The notes under the pieces: model-generated
Seen by the model: only the letters and a program-made list of their open reading frames with translations
What the model was told of the DNA's origin: nothing
The model's database searches: none
Position numbers and translations under genes: made by a program
Source of the DNA: Candidatus Latescibacterota bacterium
GTDB lineage: Bacteria > Latescibacterota > UBA2968 > SICM01
Direction: 5' to 3'
DNA length: 64,000 nt
Assembly: GCA_009694805.1 (NCBI GenBank)
Contig: SICM01000004.1
Coordinates: 635 to 64,634, forward strand
Shown here: positions 1 through 8,001 of the stretch, one piece after another
How positions within the stretch are numbered: the first letter of the stretch is position 1
How the letters are laid out: each line of letters begins with the position of its first letter

Positions 1-263
1 CCGCACCGCTCGGCCTCCTGCTCGATGATCTCCTTGCAGGGTTTCTTGGTCCCCACGAACAGCACCGACTCCCCATTCTCCACAGCCTCACGGACGACCT
101 TGCACGCCTCTTCGATGCTTCGCAGAGTCTTTTGCAGGTCGATGATATAGATGCCGTGTCGCTCCGTGAAGATGAACTTCTTCATCTTGGGGTTCCACCG
201 GCGCGTCTGGTGGCCGAAATGAACCCCGGCCTCCAGAAGTTCTTTCATGGTCACATCACTCAT
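1..263 (-). CDS. rpsB: 30S ribosomal protein S2, N-terminal part (3' end lies outside the window)
   Basis: Reverse translation from ATG at 263 gives [46 protein letters not shown], the canonical S2 N-terminus. GGAGGAG lies upstream. Confidence 0.9.
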   Translation of the reverse strand, partial: MSDVTMKELLEAGVHFGHQTRRWNPKMKKFIFTERHGIYIIDLQKTLRSIEEACKVVREAVENGESVLFVGTKKPCKEIIEQEAERC

Positions 264-364
264 CAACTCCTCCTGTCGGGTTGAGCCTCTGCATCCGTCT
301 TTTCGCGCCATCGCCCGCCTGGACGGGCACCCGTGGACTGCGATCAGGATGCATGTGAGATATA

Positions 365-384
365 GGGGGCGATTCATCGCGCCC
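365..384. repeat. hairpin with GATTCATC/GATGAATC loop region
   Basis: gggggcgattcatcgcgccc, just downstream of the rpsI stop. Confidence 0.7.
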
Positions 385-391
385 TAAAAAC

Positions 392-781
392 TTATCGCTT
401 CGAGAACTGGAACCGCTTTCGAGCGCCCGGCTGTCCGGGCTTCTTCCGCTCGACCATACGAGGGTCGCGGGTCAGAAAGCCGGCCATGCGAAGCGTCTTC
501 CGGAGCGCCTCGTCGTGTTTCAGGAGCGCCCGGGCGATGCCAAGGCGCACCGCGCCGGCCTGGCCTGCCAGTCCGCCCCCTTTGGCCATGACGTGGATGT
601 TGAACTTGCCGATCATCTCCGTCAGTTTCAGGGGCTGCTCGATGAGCATGACGAGCGTCTCCCTGCCAAAATACTCGATCGGAGAACGGCCATTGACCGA
701 TATCTGCCCCCCGCCCGATACGAGCCTCACGGTGGCGGCCGACTCCTTCCGCCGACCCGTGGCAATCAGCGCATTTGCCAA
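392..781 (-). CDS. rpsI: 30S ribosomal protein S9
   Basis: 129-aa ORF ending ...[11 protein letters not shown], the S9 signature C-terminus. TTG start with GGAGGTG upstream. Confidence 0.95.
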   Translation of the reverse strand: MANALIATGRRKESAATVRLVSGGGQISVNGRSPIEYFGRETLVMLIEQPLKLTEMIGKFNIHVMAKGGGLAGQAGAVRLGIARALLKHDEALRKTLRMAGFLTRDPRMVERKKPGQPGARKRFQFSKR

Positions 782-803
782 ATCTTCACCTCCTTTTCAA
801 AAG

Positions 804-896
804 CAGGCAATAGGCAGAAGGCAGTAGGCAATAGTTCCCCACCCTTCCGTTTTTGTTTTTTAGGTTTTACTATTGCCTGTTGCCTGTTGCCCTATT
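804..896. repeat. heptamer array pair: (AGGCAnn)x4 and inverted (TTGCCTG)x3
   Basis: aggcaat aggcaga aggcagt aggcaat ... ctattgcct gttgcct gttgcc, in the rpsI-rplM spacer. Confidence 0.85.
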
Positions 897-1326
897 TTCC
901 CACCTTCAGCGGCTCCGGTTGCTGGGCCGTATGCAGGTGGTCAGGACCGGCGTAAACCTTGAGCTTCTTGCTCATCTGGCGTCCCAGCCGATTGTGCGGG
1001 AGCATGCCGCACACGGCGCGTTCGATGATCCGTTCGGGCTTCTCACCCATGAGCTTGTTATAGCCGATCTTCCTGAGCCCCCCCGGATAGCCGGTGTACC
1101 GGAAATACTCCTTCTGCTCCGCCTTCCGGCCGGTCATCATGACCTTCTCTGCGTTCACGACAACCACGTAATCGCCCGTGTCCACGTGGGGGGTGTAGAT
1201 CGGCTTGTGCTTCCCCCTCAGGATCTTCGCGATCTCGGAGGCGAATCGTCCGAGGACCTTTCCCTCGGCGTCAGCCACATACCATTTGCGAGTGAACGCG
1301 CCCTTTTTGGCGTTGTAAGTTCCCAT
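892..1326 (-). CDS. rplM: 50S ribosomal protein L13
   Basis: ORF 892..1374. L13-like sequence starts at [27 protein letters not shown] (ATG 1326). Sits in the conserved rplM-rpsI order. Confidence 0.93.
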   Translation of the reverse strand: MGTYNAKKGAFTRKWYVADAEGKVLGRFASEIAKILRGKHKPIYTPHVDTGDYVVVVNAEKVMMTGRKAEQKEYFRYTGYPGGLRKIGYNKLMGEKPERIIERAVCGMLPHNRLGRQMSKKLKVYAGPDHLHTAQQPEPLKVGK

Positions 1327-1405
1327 CAGACAACCTTTCCTACAAGGGTGGAGAACACGCCCCAAAACGGACATGGGCGGATATGCTGTTAAGTAGAAGC
1401 TTTAA

Positions 1406-1434
1406 AAGCTACTATTTACATCTGTTTTTGTCAA
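1406..1434 (-). promoter_or_regulatory. possible sigma70-like promoter for rplM-rpsI
   Basis: Minus-sense TTGACA, 17-nt spacer, TAGCTT (weak -10). Confidence 0.3.
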
Positions 1435-1471
1435 GGGGGAAATGAGATACACAGGGCATGTCGTTTTAACA

Positions 1472-1500
1472 TTGACATTCCCCCCACCGTCCGGTATCTT
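1472..1500 (+). promoter_or_regulatory. sigma70-like promoter for the Ldh_2 gene
   Basis: TTGACA, 17-nt spacer, TATCTT, in an AT-rich divergent region. Confidence 0.45.
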
Positions 1501-1556
1501 TGCCCCCCGCTTTGAAACCCCCGAAAGGTCCAAACCCTGAGAGGAAAGGGCATCGC

Positions 1557-2594
1557 GTGCCGACGTTTTCTGCCGACACCCTCCGGGACGTCGCCGTCCG
1601 CATCCTGAAGGCCGCAGGCGTCCCCGCCGGAGAGGCCACGATCGTGGCCGATCTCCTGGTCGATTCCAACCTGGCCGGGCACGACTCGCACGGAATCCTC
1701 CGGCTCCGCCAGTACCTCGGTATGATCCGGGACGGAGCGATCTTCCCCGGCGCACCGTCGAAGATCGTCCAGGAGACCCCGGCCACGGCGGTCCTGGACG
1801 GGGGATGGGGATTCGGGCAGGTCGTGGCGCGCAGAGCCGTGGAACTGTCCATCCAGAAGGCGCGGACCTCCGCCGTCGGAGCCGTGGCCGTGCGCTGCTG
1901 CAACCACATCGGACGCCTCGGGGCCTATGCGGCCCTCCCCTGCGAGGCAGGAATGGTGGGCCTGCTGTTGGTCAACGGCCACGGGGGAGACCAGGGGGTC
2001 GCTCCCTACGGGGGCCTCGCCCGTCGGCTCGGCACCAACCCCTTCGCAGCGGCCGTCCCGTCCGCGGGCGGACCCCCTGTGGTCATGGACATCACGACCA
2101 GCATCGTGGCCGGTGGCAAGATAAGGCTTGCCCGCGCGCGCGGGGAATCGGTCCCGGAGGGGTGTCTCATCGACGCCCACGGCAACCCTGCCACCGACCC
2201 CAACGTCTACTACGACCCTCCCAGGGGGGCCCTCCTCCCCTTCGGCGGACACAAAGGGTATGGCCTGAGCGTGATGATCGACCTCCTGGCCGGGACCCTG
2301 TCCGGGGCAGGGGCCAGCGCCCCCGGGTCTCCCAGACCGGGCAATGCCTTTCTCGCGATCGCCATCGACATTGAGCGGTTCATCCCGGTCGACACGTTCC
2401 GGGAGGAGGTCCGGCAGTTCATCGCCTACCTCAAGACCTCCCCAAAAGCCCCCGGTGTGGCCGAGATCCTGGCCCCTGGCGAAAGGGCTTTTCGGGAACG
2501 GGAGCGGAGGCTCCGGGAGGGCATCGAGGTCGAGGACCGGACGTGGGAACAGGTCCTCGACGCCGCCAGGAGTCTGGGTGTAGAATTACCCTAA
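1557..2594 (+). CDS. Ldh_2 family (malate/L-lactate/ureidoglycolate-type) dehydrogenase
   Basis: ORF 1500..2594 contains the HDSHGILRL motif region typical of the Ldh_2 family. GTG at 1557 follows GAGAGGAAAGGG, and the ORF-track start would overlap the predicted -10. Confidence 0.8.
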   Translation: MPTFSADTLRDVAVRILKAAGVPAGEATIVADLLVDSNLAGHDSHGILRLRQYLGMIRDGAIFPGAPSKIVQETPATAVLDGGWGFGQVVARRAVELSIQKARTSAVGAVAVRCCNHIGRLGAYAALPCEAGMVGLLLVNGHGGDQGVAPYGGLARRLGTNPFAAAVPSAGGPPVVMDITTSIVAGGKIRLARARGESVPEGCLIDAHGNPATDPNVYYDPPRGALLPFGGHKGYGLSVMIDLLAGTLSGAGASAPGSPRPGNAFLAIAIDIERFIPVDTFREEVRQFIAYLKTSPKAPGVAEILAPGERAFRERERRLREGIEVEDRTWEQVLDAARSLGVELP

Positions 2595-2625
2595 AGTAGG
2601 GGCGACCCGGCGGGTCGCCCCTACT
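2595..2625 (+). terminator. GTAGGGGCG...CGCCCCTAC hairpin after the Ldh_2 gene
   Basis: AGTAGGGGCGACC-CGGC-GGGTCGCCCCTACT, near-perfect stem directly after the stop. No U-tract follows. Confidence 0.45.
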
Positions 2626-2636
2626 CTGTGATAAAT

Positions 2637-3815
2637 ATGTCCGAAGACAACACCATCGTCGAACTCAAGCGCCGGGCGCGTCGGACGACGGTCCTCGACC
2701 TGATCCGCCGACGCGGGCCTGTCTCCAGGGGGGACATCGCCCGGCTGACCCATCTCCAGATCCCCACCATCACCCACCTCATCACCGACCTGATGGCCGA
2801 GGGGCTGGTGAAGGAAGACGGGTATTGCGAGACGGGACGTGGTCGGCGTTCGGCCCGCCTCGCCATCGACCCGGCGTCCGCCTTCGTCGGAGGCCTGTGC
2901 GCGGGACGCGGGGGGGTCCTCGCCTCGGTCGTCAGTCTGGACGGAAACCCTTCCCGGCCGGTGCGCTCTGAAGGCGCCCTGGCGCCGGACGCCCTGGTCG
3001 AGGGACTGCATAAGGCCATCCTGGCGGCCACGGAGGGCGCGGGTCTGCCCCCGGAGCGCCTCCGGGGGATCGGCATCGGCCTCGACGGTTACCCCCGGGC
3101 CTCCTTCCAGGAACTGGAAGAGACGCTGGGGGGGATGTTCGGCATCCCCGTGCGCGCCGAGAACGACGTGGAGGCCGCAGCCCTGGGCGAGGGCTGGTTT
3201 TCAGGAGACCGCAGCGTCCTGTTCGTTCAGGTGGGCGACTGCATCCGGTCGGGCCTGGTTGTCGAGGGCTGCATGCATCGGGGGGCCGTGGCCGGGCTGG
3301 GGCTGGGGCAGGTGGTCGTCGAAGAGAGGGAAGGGGGACGATTCGGGTCGGGAGGAGGCGGCACGCTTCAGGAAGTGGCCTCCGGACAGGCGATCTGCGA
3401 GGCCGTGCGGCGCGAGCTGGGCCGGGGCATCCGGTCCAAACTGCCCGACCTGGTGGGGGGGGATCTGTCGAACCTGACGCCGGGGATCGTGAGCGACGCG
3501 GCCGGGGCCGGGGACATCCTGGCGTTCAACCTCCTCGACCAGACCGGCCGCTGGATCGGCGCCGCGCTCGCCTGGGCCGTCTGCATCCTCAACCCGGCCC
3601 GCCTGCTCCTCTCCGGAGACCTCGTCCGGGACGGTGGGCCGCTCACCGACGCCATCCGGCGCGAGATCTCCCTCAAGGTCCCTCCCGAATGGGAGGTCGA
3701 GCGCCGTCTCGCCTTCGCGCCCTCGGACGAGGAGACATTCGTGCGGGGGGCTGCGGCCCTGGCCGTCCGCCACCTCTTCGGGCAGGACGACGCGGAGGCC
3801 ACGATCTGCGTGTAG
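2637..3815 (+). CDS. ROK family transcriptional regulator (NagC/XylR-like)
   Basis: N-terminal winged-helix segment (VLDLIRRRGPVSRGDIARLTHLQIPTITHLITDLMAEGLV) followed by a sugar-kinase-like ROK body. Start could be 2628 (GTG) or 2637 (ATG). Confidence 0.8.
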   Translation: MSEDNTIVELKRRARRTTVLDLIRRRGPVSRGDIARLTHLQIPTITHLITDLMAEGLVKEDGYCETGRGRRSARLAIDPASAFVGGLCAGRGGVLASVVSLDGNPSRPVRSEGALAPDALVEGLHKAILAATEGAGLPPERLRGIGIGLDGYPRASFQELEETLGGMFGIPVRAENDVEAAALGEGWFSGDRSVLFVQVGDCIRSGLVVEGCMHRGAVAGLGLGQVVVEEREGGRFGSGGGGTLQEVASGQAICEAVRRELGRGIRSKLPDLVGGDLSNLTPGIVSDAAGAGDILAFNLLDQTGRWIGAALAWAVCILNPARLLLSGDLVRDGGPLTDAIRREISLKVPPEWEVERRLAFAPSDEETFVRGAAALAVRHLFGQDDAEATICV

Positions 3816-3874
3816 GGGAGACCCCACCCCCGGCCCGCCACCCACCCTGTCGCTCCCGTGGGTCGCGACCCCTG

Positions 3875-4113
3875 CCCTCCTACAAGAGGGGAGGGGGGAA
3901 GTGCAATAAACCAGTGCGACGTACAGATCAAAAGCAGGCGCGCCGCCAGAAACCCCCACCACCGGAGTTCAGCAGAAGCAACCCACACGCCGGGGGCACA
4001 TCATGGCGTGCGACAACTGAATGTTAAGGTTGCGGCGCGCCAAAGCCCCCCGCGGCGCATGAGCGGGCGTGCTTCTTTGGCCCCACCTTTCTTGCACGAG
4101 CAAGAAAGGTGGG
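3875..4113 (+). repeat. composite structured element, copy A (core 3936-4113)
   Basis: CCCTCC-TACAAGA-GGGGAGGG hairpin, GTACAGATCAAAAGC, GGCGCGCCGC...GCGGCGCGCC closing stem, loop-GGCGCATGA hairpin, terminal CCACCTTTCTTGC-ACGA-GCAAGAAAGGTGG hairpin. Confidence 0.85.
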
Positions 4114-4134
4114 AATGCCGCTAAGAGAATCGTC

Positions 4135-4156
4135 GGGCAGGCACAGGGGCCTGCCC
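4135..4156 (-). terminator. GGGCAGGC / GCCTGCCC hairpin downstream of the D-aminoacylase gene
   Basis: 8-bp GC stem with a 6-nt loop, flanked by CCCCTAC like the GTAGGGGC family. No U-tract. Confidence 0.35.
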
Positions 4157-4183
4157 CTACCTTTATAGTAAATCGCCTGGGTC

Positions 4184-5752
4184 TTAGCCTTTAAATCTCA
4201 GCGCCCTTCCCGGCAACTTCTCCCCCAGCCCCTCCACCGCCTTCCCCTCCTCCAGAACGACCACCCCGTTCACGATCACATAGCGCATCCCCTCCGAGAG
4301 CTGATGGGGCTCCCCGTAGGTGGCCCGGTCCCGCACGCCTTCTGCGTCGAAGACCACCAGGTCCGCGAAGGCCCCCTCCCGGATCACCCCCCGATCCTTC
4401 AGCCCGAACCGTTCCGAGGGGTATCCGCTCAACTTCCGCACCGCCTCCTCCAGCGAAAACAGCTTTCGATCCCGCACCAGCGGCCCGATCAGCCGCGAGG
4501 CAGAGCCGTACATGCGCGGGTGGACCGCCCCCCCCTCAAAATAGATCCCATCCGTCCCCATCATGTATTTCGGATGCTGGAGAAAAGCATCCACCAGCCG
4601 ATCCTCTCCCTGATGGAACACCAGGAGCACCGCCAGGCCCTCCTCGATCAGCAGATCACACAGGGCGTCCGCCGTCCCCTTGCCCGTCTGCGCCACATAT
4701 TCCTGTAGCTTCATCCCCTGGTACCGGGTGTTGTCCTTGCTCCCGACCCAGGCGATGTGGATCTGATCGAGCTTCAGCGCATAACTATCCAGAAGCGCCC
4801 CGAACCGCTCCCGGACGACCGGGTCCGTCAACCTGGCCGCCGCGTTCAACGGCCCCCCCTCCCACACCTCGTAGGGCAGGAGGTAGCTGAGCATCGTGGA
4901 GCCGGGCAGGTAGGGGTAGACATCGAACGAGAAGTCCACCTCCTTGCTGGCCACGTTGTCCACGTAAGAGAGTATCTCATCCACCTCTCCGGCCGAGGTC
5001 CCTTTCAGATGGGAGATGTGTACCGGCACCCCGGCCCTGCGTCCGATCTCCACGGCCTCCTTCAGCGCCCCCATCGTCCCTTTTTTATATCGCATGTGGG
5101 TGACGTAGAGCCCCCCCCACGGGGCCATCGCCTCGCAGACCTCGACGATCTCATCCGTGGTCGAAAAACACTCAAACGGGTAGTCGATGCCCGTGGAGAC
5201 CCCCACCGCCCCCTCCTCCATCCCCTTCCGAACCTCCTGCCGCATCTGGTTCACCTGCACGTCGTCCGGGACCGCCCGCCCCCAGCCGCAGGCCAGCGTG
5301 CGCACGTTGGCGTAGGGGATGTGCGGGATCGTATTCTGGACGTTCCGGCGGTCCAGCAACGCCATGTAGTCGGAGATGCTGCGCCAGCCCGTGTAGTCCT
5401 GGAACTGGAGCCCGTTCAGCGACCGGAGGTAATACAGCCAGTGAGGCGCGGTGGTGGGCGTCACGGGCGCGTAGGAGATCCCGTCCACCATGAGCGCCTC
5501 CGTCGTGAACCCCTGGCTCGTCTTGGACAGCAGGTGAGGGATCTTGAGCACCCAGCCGTCCGAGTGGTTGTGGACGTCCACGAAGCCCGGCGCGACGACC
5601 AGCCCGGCGGCGTCGATGACGCGATGCCCACCCGTCTCCCCAGACCCACCTGTCCGGACGATCCGGTCCCCCTTCACCGCCACATCCCCCTTCCGGCGCG
5701 GGCCCCCGGTCCCGTCGATCACCGTACCGTTGCGAATGATCAGATCGTACAA
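4184..5752 (-). CDS. D-aminoacylase / N-acyl-D-amino-acid deacylase family amidohydrolase
   Basis: 522 aa, MYDLIIRNGTVIDGTG...VVAPGFVDVHNHSD metal-binding motif. TTG start preceded by AGGAG. Confidence 0.85.
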   Translation of the reverse strand: MYDLIIRNGTVIDGTGGPRRKGDVAVKGDRIVRTGGSGETGGHRVIDAAGLVVAPGFVDVHNHSDGWVLKIPHLLSKTSQGFTTEALMVDGISYAPVTPTTAPHWLYYLRSLNGLQFQDYTGWRSISDYMALLDRRNVQNTIPHIPYANVRTLACGWGRAVPDDVQVNQMRQEVRKGMEEGAVGVSTGIDYPFECFSTTDEIVEVCEAMAPWGGLYVTHMRYKKGTMGALKEAVEIGRRAGVPVHISHLKGTSAGEVDEILSYVDNVASKEVDFSFDVYPYLPGSTMLSYLLPYEVWEGGPLNAAARLTDPVVRERFGALLDSYALKLDQIHIAWVGSKDNTRYQGMKLQEYVAQTGKGTADALCDLLIEEGLAVLLVFHQGEDRLVDAFLQHPKYMMGTDGIYFEGGAVHPRMYGSASRLIGPLVRDRKLFSLEEAVRKLSGYPSERFGLKDRGVIREGAFADLVVFDAEGVRDRATYGEPHQLSEGMRYVIVNGVVVLEEGKAVEGLGEKLPGRALRFKG

Positions 5753-5761
5753 AAGGATCTC

Positions 5762-6739
5762 CTATGAGAGGACCCGGCACTCCGGGTCCGTGGCCATGGA
5801 CGGCGCGGGCGAATGGACGTGGTCCATCGGGGGCGTGATGAGATAGTGGTAATACAGGATGCACGGCTTCTGTTCAAACGGGAAGATCGCCCGGAACCGC
5901 CCGTCCGGCCCGGACTCATAACGAACGGACCCCGCATCCGACCAGGCCCCCACCACCGCCACGTCCACGGTGGATGTCCAGTCCGTCACCACGGCCCAGG
6001 TCGTGGACTTCCCATCCCCCCGCTGACGCGCCCCGAACGCCGTGGACAGGGGCGCGGCCGGGAGGTTGAAGTCGCTCTCCACGATCACCGAGGCGATCTG
6101 CGCCACATCCCCCGACACGACCTCGTGCTCGGCCAGGATCCAGGACACCCGCGAAAAACAGGTGATCCGCGTGACGAACCCGAACCCGCCGGGATAGACC
6201 CCCTCCACACGCAGCCGTCCCGCGCGCGGACCCCGCGTCTCCGTCTCGATCCGCGCCTCCCCCTCCGGCAGAAGCTCCTGCCCATCCTTCAGGACAAGGA
6301 CAATCCCCCGTGACCCGGGCCGCAGAAACAGCTTCTCGCCGAAGATCATCTGATCCACGAGATTGAACCCTTTCCGCCGGACCTGGTAGATCACCGGCCC
6401 CTGCTGCACCTCCACGGGGTCCCCCCCGTCTCGGACCTCGATCGGACTCAACTGTTTGGCCTCAGGCGTCGCGCCCTCCCCGTACTCGAACTTGAAGACC
6501 CTCTCCCCCCTGGCCGGAATGCGGGCCGAGAAGGTCACGTCCGCCGTCCGGACGCTCCCGTCCTCCCACGCCCGTACGGCGTCCACCTGAATGGCCTGCT
6601 CCTGTCCTTCGGGGTCGAACAGCCGGGCCGGGCCTCCGGGATGAAACGCCCCCCGGTCAAGATCCACGGTGAAGGTACACGGGACGGCCTTTCGCTCGAA
6701 GCCATCTCGTTCTGTGATGCGAACGCTCTTTGTCTTCAT
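5762..6739 (-). CDS. hypothetical protein (beta-rich, no recognisable family, no signal peptide seen)
   Basis: 325-aa ORF with GGGAGGA SD, packed between two operon genes. I recognise no motif. Confidence 0.6.
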   Translation of the reverse strand: MKTKSVRITERDGFERKAVPCTFTVDLDRGAFHPGGPARLFDPEGQEQAIQVDAVRAWEDGSVRTADVTFSARIPARGERVFKFEYGEGATPEAKQLSPIEVRDGGDPVEVQQGPVIYQVRRKGFNLVDQMIFGEKLFLRPGSRGIVLVLKDGQELLPEGEARIETETRGPRAGRLRVEGVYPGGFGFVTRITCFSRVSWILAEHEVVSGDVAQIASVIVESDFNLPAAPLSTAFGARQRGDGKSTTWAVVTDWTSTVDVAVVGAWSDAGSVRYESGPDGRFRAIFPFEQKPCILYYHYLITPPMDHVHSPAPSMATDPECRVLS

Positions 6740-6756
6740 CGATCCTCCCCAAAAGC

Positions 6757-6870
6757 AGGTGCCAGGTGTCAGGTATCAGGTGTCAGGAAAGGCAAAGACA
6801 GGTGTCAGATATCAGGTTTCGGCAAAAACCGAGATCGTTTTTGTTCCCCCGAAACCCGACACCCGACCCC
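6757..6870. repeat. heptamer array pair: (CAGGTGn)x4-6 and inverted (CCCGACA)x2
   Basis: caggtgc caggtgt caggtat caggtgt cagg ... cccgaca cccgacc. Confidence 0.85.
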
Positions 6871-6900
6871 GCTGTTGTCTTTTTCCCATCCCTATTTTTT

Positions 6901-7899
6901 CTACTCGATCCTCAAAAACCCCCCTCCACGCTTCGCCGATTCCTGCGCCATCAGACACGCCCGGGACACTCCCAGCACGTCCGACGTGGAGATGAAATGC
7001 TCCTCCCCGCGCGCGAGCGCCGCGACCATGTCCTCTACGAACGCATCGTGCTGCGCCGGCGGCAGCGTCGGCTCGTACGCCCCCTTGCCGTCCGCCACGA
7101 TCAGCAGATGATCCCCGGCGTAGGCCCGCAGATGCGCCGACCCCTTCGTCCCCATCAGAATGAACCGCGTATCCCCGAAAGACGGCGAGTCCTGGGGCGT
7201 CAGCCAGTCCGCCGTCAAGAACGCCAGGGACCCGTTGCTCAACTGAAACGACGCCTGCACGTGATCCGCCAGCCTCGGCGCCTCCACGAACTTCTTGCAC
7301 GTCTCCAGCGCGTGGACCCCCACGCACTCGGCCCCCGTCAGCCACCGCACCTGGTCCACCCCGTGGCAGGCCACGTCGTGGAACGTCCCCGTGTAGGCGT
7401 TCGGGTCGAAATACCAGGCCGGCGCCGTCTTCCGGGTGATCTTGTGCGGGTGCGTGGAGATCAGGCTCACGACCTCCCCCAGCTCCCCCGCCAGGATCGC
7501 CTCCCGCAGCACGATGAACGGTGGATGACTCCGGGACGTGAACCACATCGAGAGCTTGACGCCGCTCCGCTGGACCGCCGACCGGATGCGTCCCCAGTCG
7601 TCCAGCGTTCGGCAGAGTGGCTTGTCCAGCAGCGCGTGCGCGCCCGCAGCCGCGCACGCCTCCACGAACGCAGCCTTCTCCGGGTGCGTGATCCCCTCCA
7701 GCACCAGCTCCGGCCGGGCCTTCTCCAGCATCTCTTCCAGCGTTCGGTAGCGGGGGACCTTCCGGTCCTTCGTGTAGCGTTCGTAGAGCGCGTCGTCCGC
7801 CTCCACGACCCCCACCATCTCCCCGTTCGCCGCCTTCGCCGCCGACCGGAACATCCCCCCGATGTGCCCGTAGTGCAGCCCCATCACACCGATACGCAT
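6901..7899 (-). CDS. Gfo/Idh/MocA family oxidoreductase
   Basis: MRIGVMGLHYGHIGG... Rossmann N-terminus at ATG 7899 with GGAGAGGAG SD. The ORF-track N-terminal extension runs through a repeat array. Confidence 0.85.
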   Translation of the reverse strand: MRIGVMGLHYGHIGGMFRSAAKAANGEMVGVVEADDALYERYTKDRKVPRYRTLEEMLEKARPELVLEGITHPEKAAFVEACAAAGAHALLDKPLCRTLDDWGRIRSAVQRSGVKLSMWFTSRSHPPFIVLREAILAGELGEVVSLISTHPHKITRKTAPAWYFDPNAYTGTFHDVACHGVDQVRWLTGAECVGVHALETCKKFVEAPRLADHVQASFQLSNGSLAFLTADWLTPQDSPSFGDTRFILMGTKGSAHLRAYAGDHLLIVADGKGAYEPTLPPAQHDAFVEDMVAALARGEEHFISTSDVLGVSRACLMAQESAKRGGGFLRIE

Positions 7900-7918
7900 G
7901 TCACGCTCCTCTCCAAAG

Positions 7919-8001
7919 CATGCAAATGGCAAATGTGAAGCGTATCTCGTATCTCGTAGGAATCTTTTTCGCTTCACGCTTCACGCTTCACGCTTCACGC
8001 C
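7919..8001. repeat. heptamer arrays GCAAATG x2, TATCTCG x2, CGCTTCA x4
   Basis: Direct reading. The last CGCTTCA units encode the C-terminus and TGA stop of the FAD oxidoreductase. Confidence 0.85.

Noticed and set aside
264-391. Possible S2 autoregulatory leader upstream of rpsB.
   Set aside because: The spacer has some GC-rich pairing potential, but I cannot match it to a described rpsB leader structure from sequence alone, and it contains a dispersed-family hairpin. The evidence is too weak to report as a feature.
3858-4124. Small ORFs lying inside the repeat elements (3858..4124, 3689..4027, 22184..22531, 22284..22598, 36426..36788, 36431..36862, 48842..49129).
   Set aside because: They are generated by hairpin-symmetric repeats, so both strands give ORFs. 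They have no SDs, and their conservation between copies follows base-pairing rather than codon structure.
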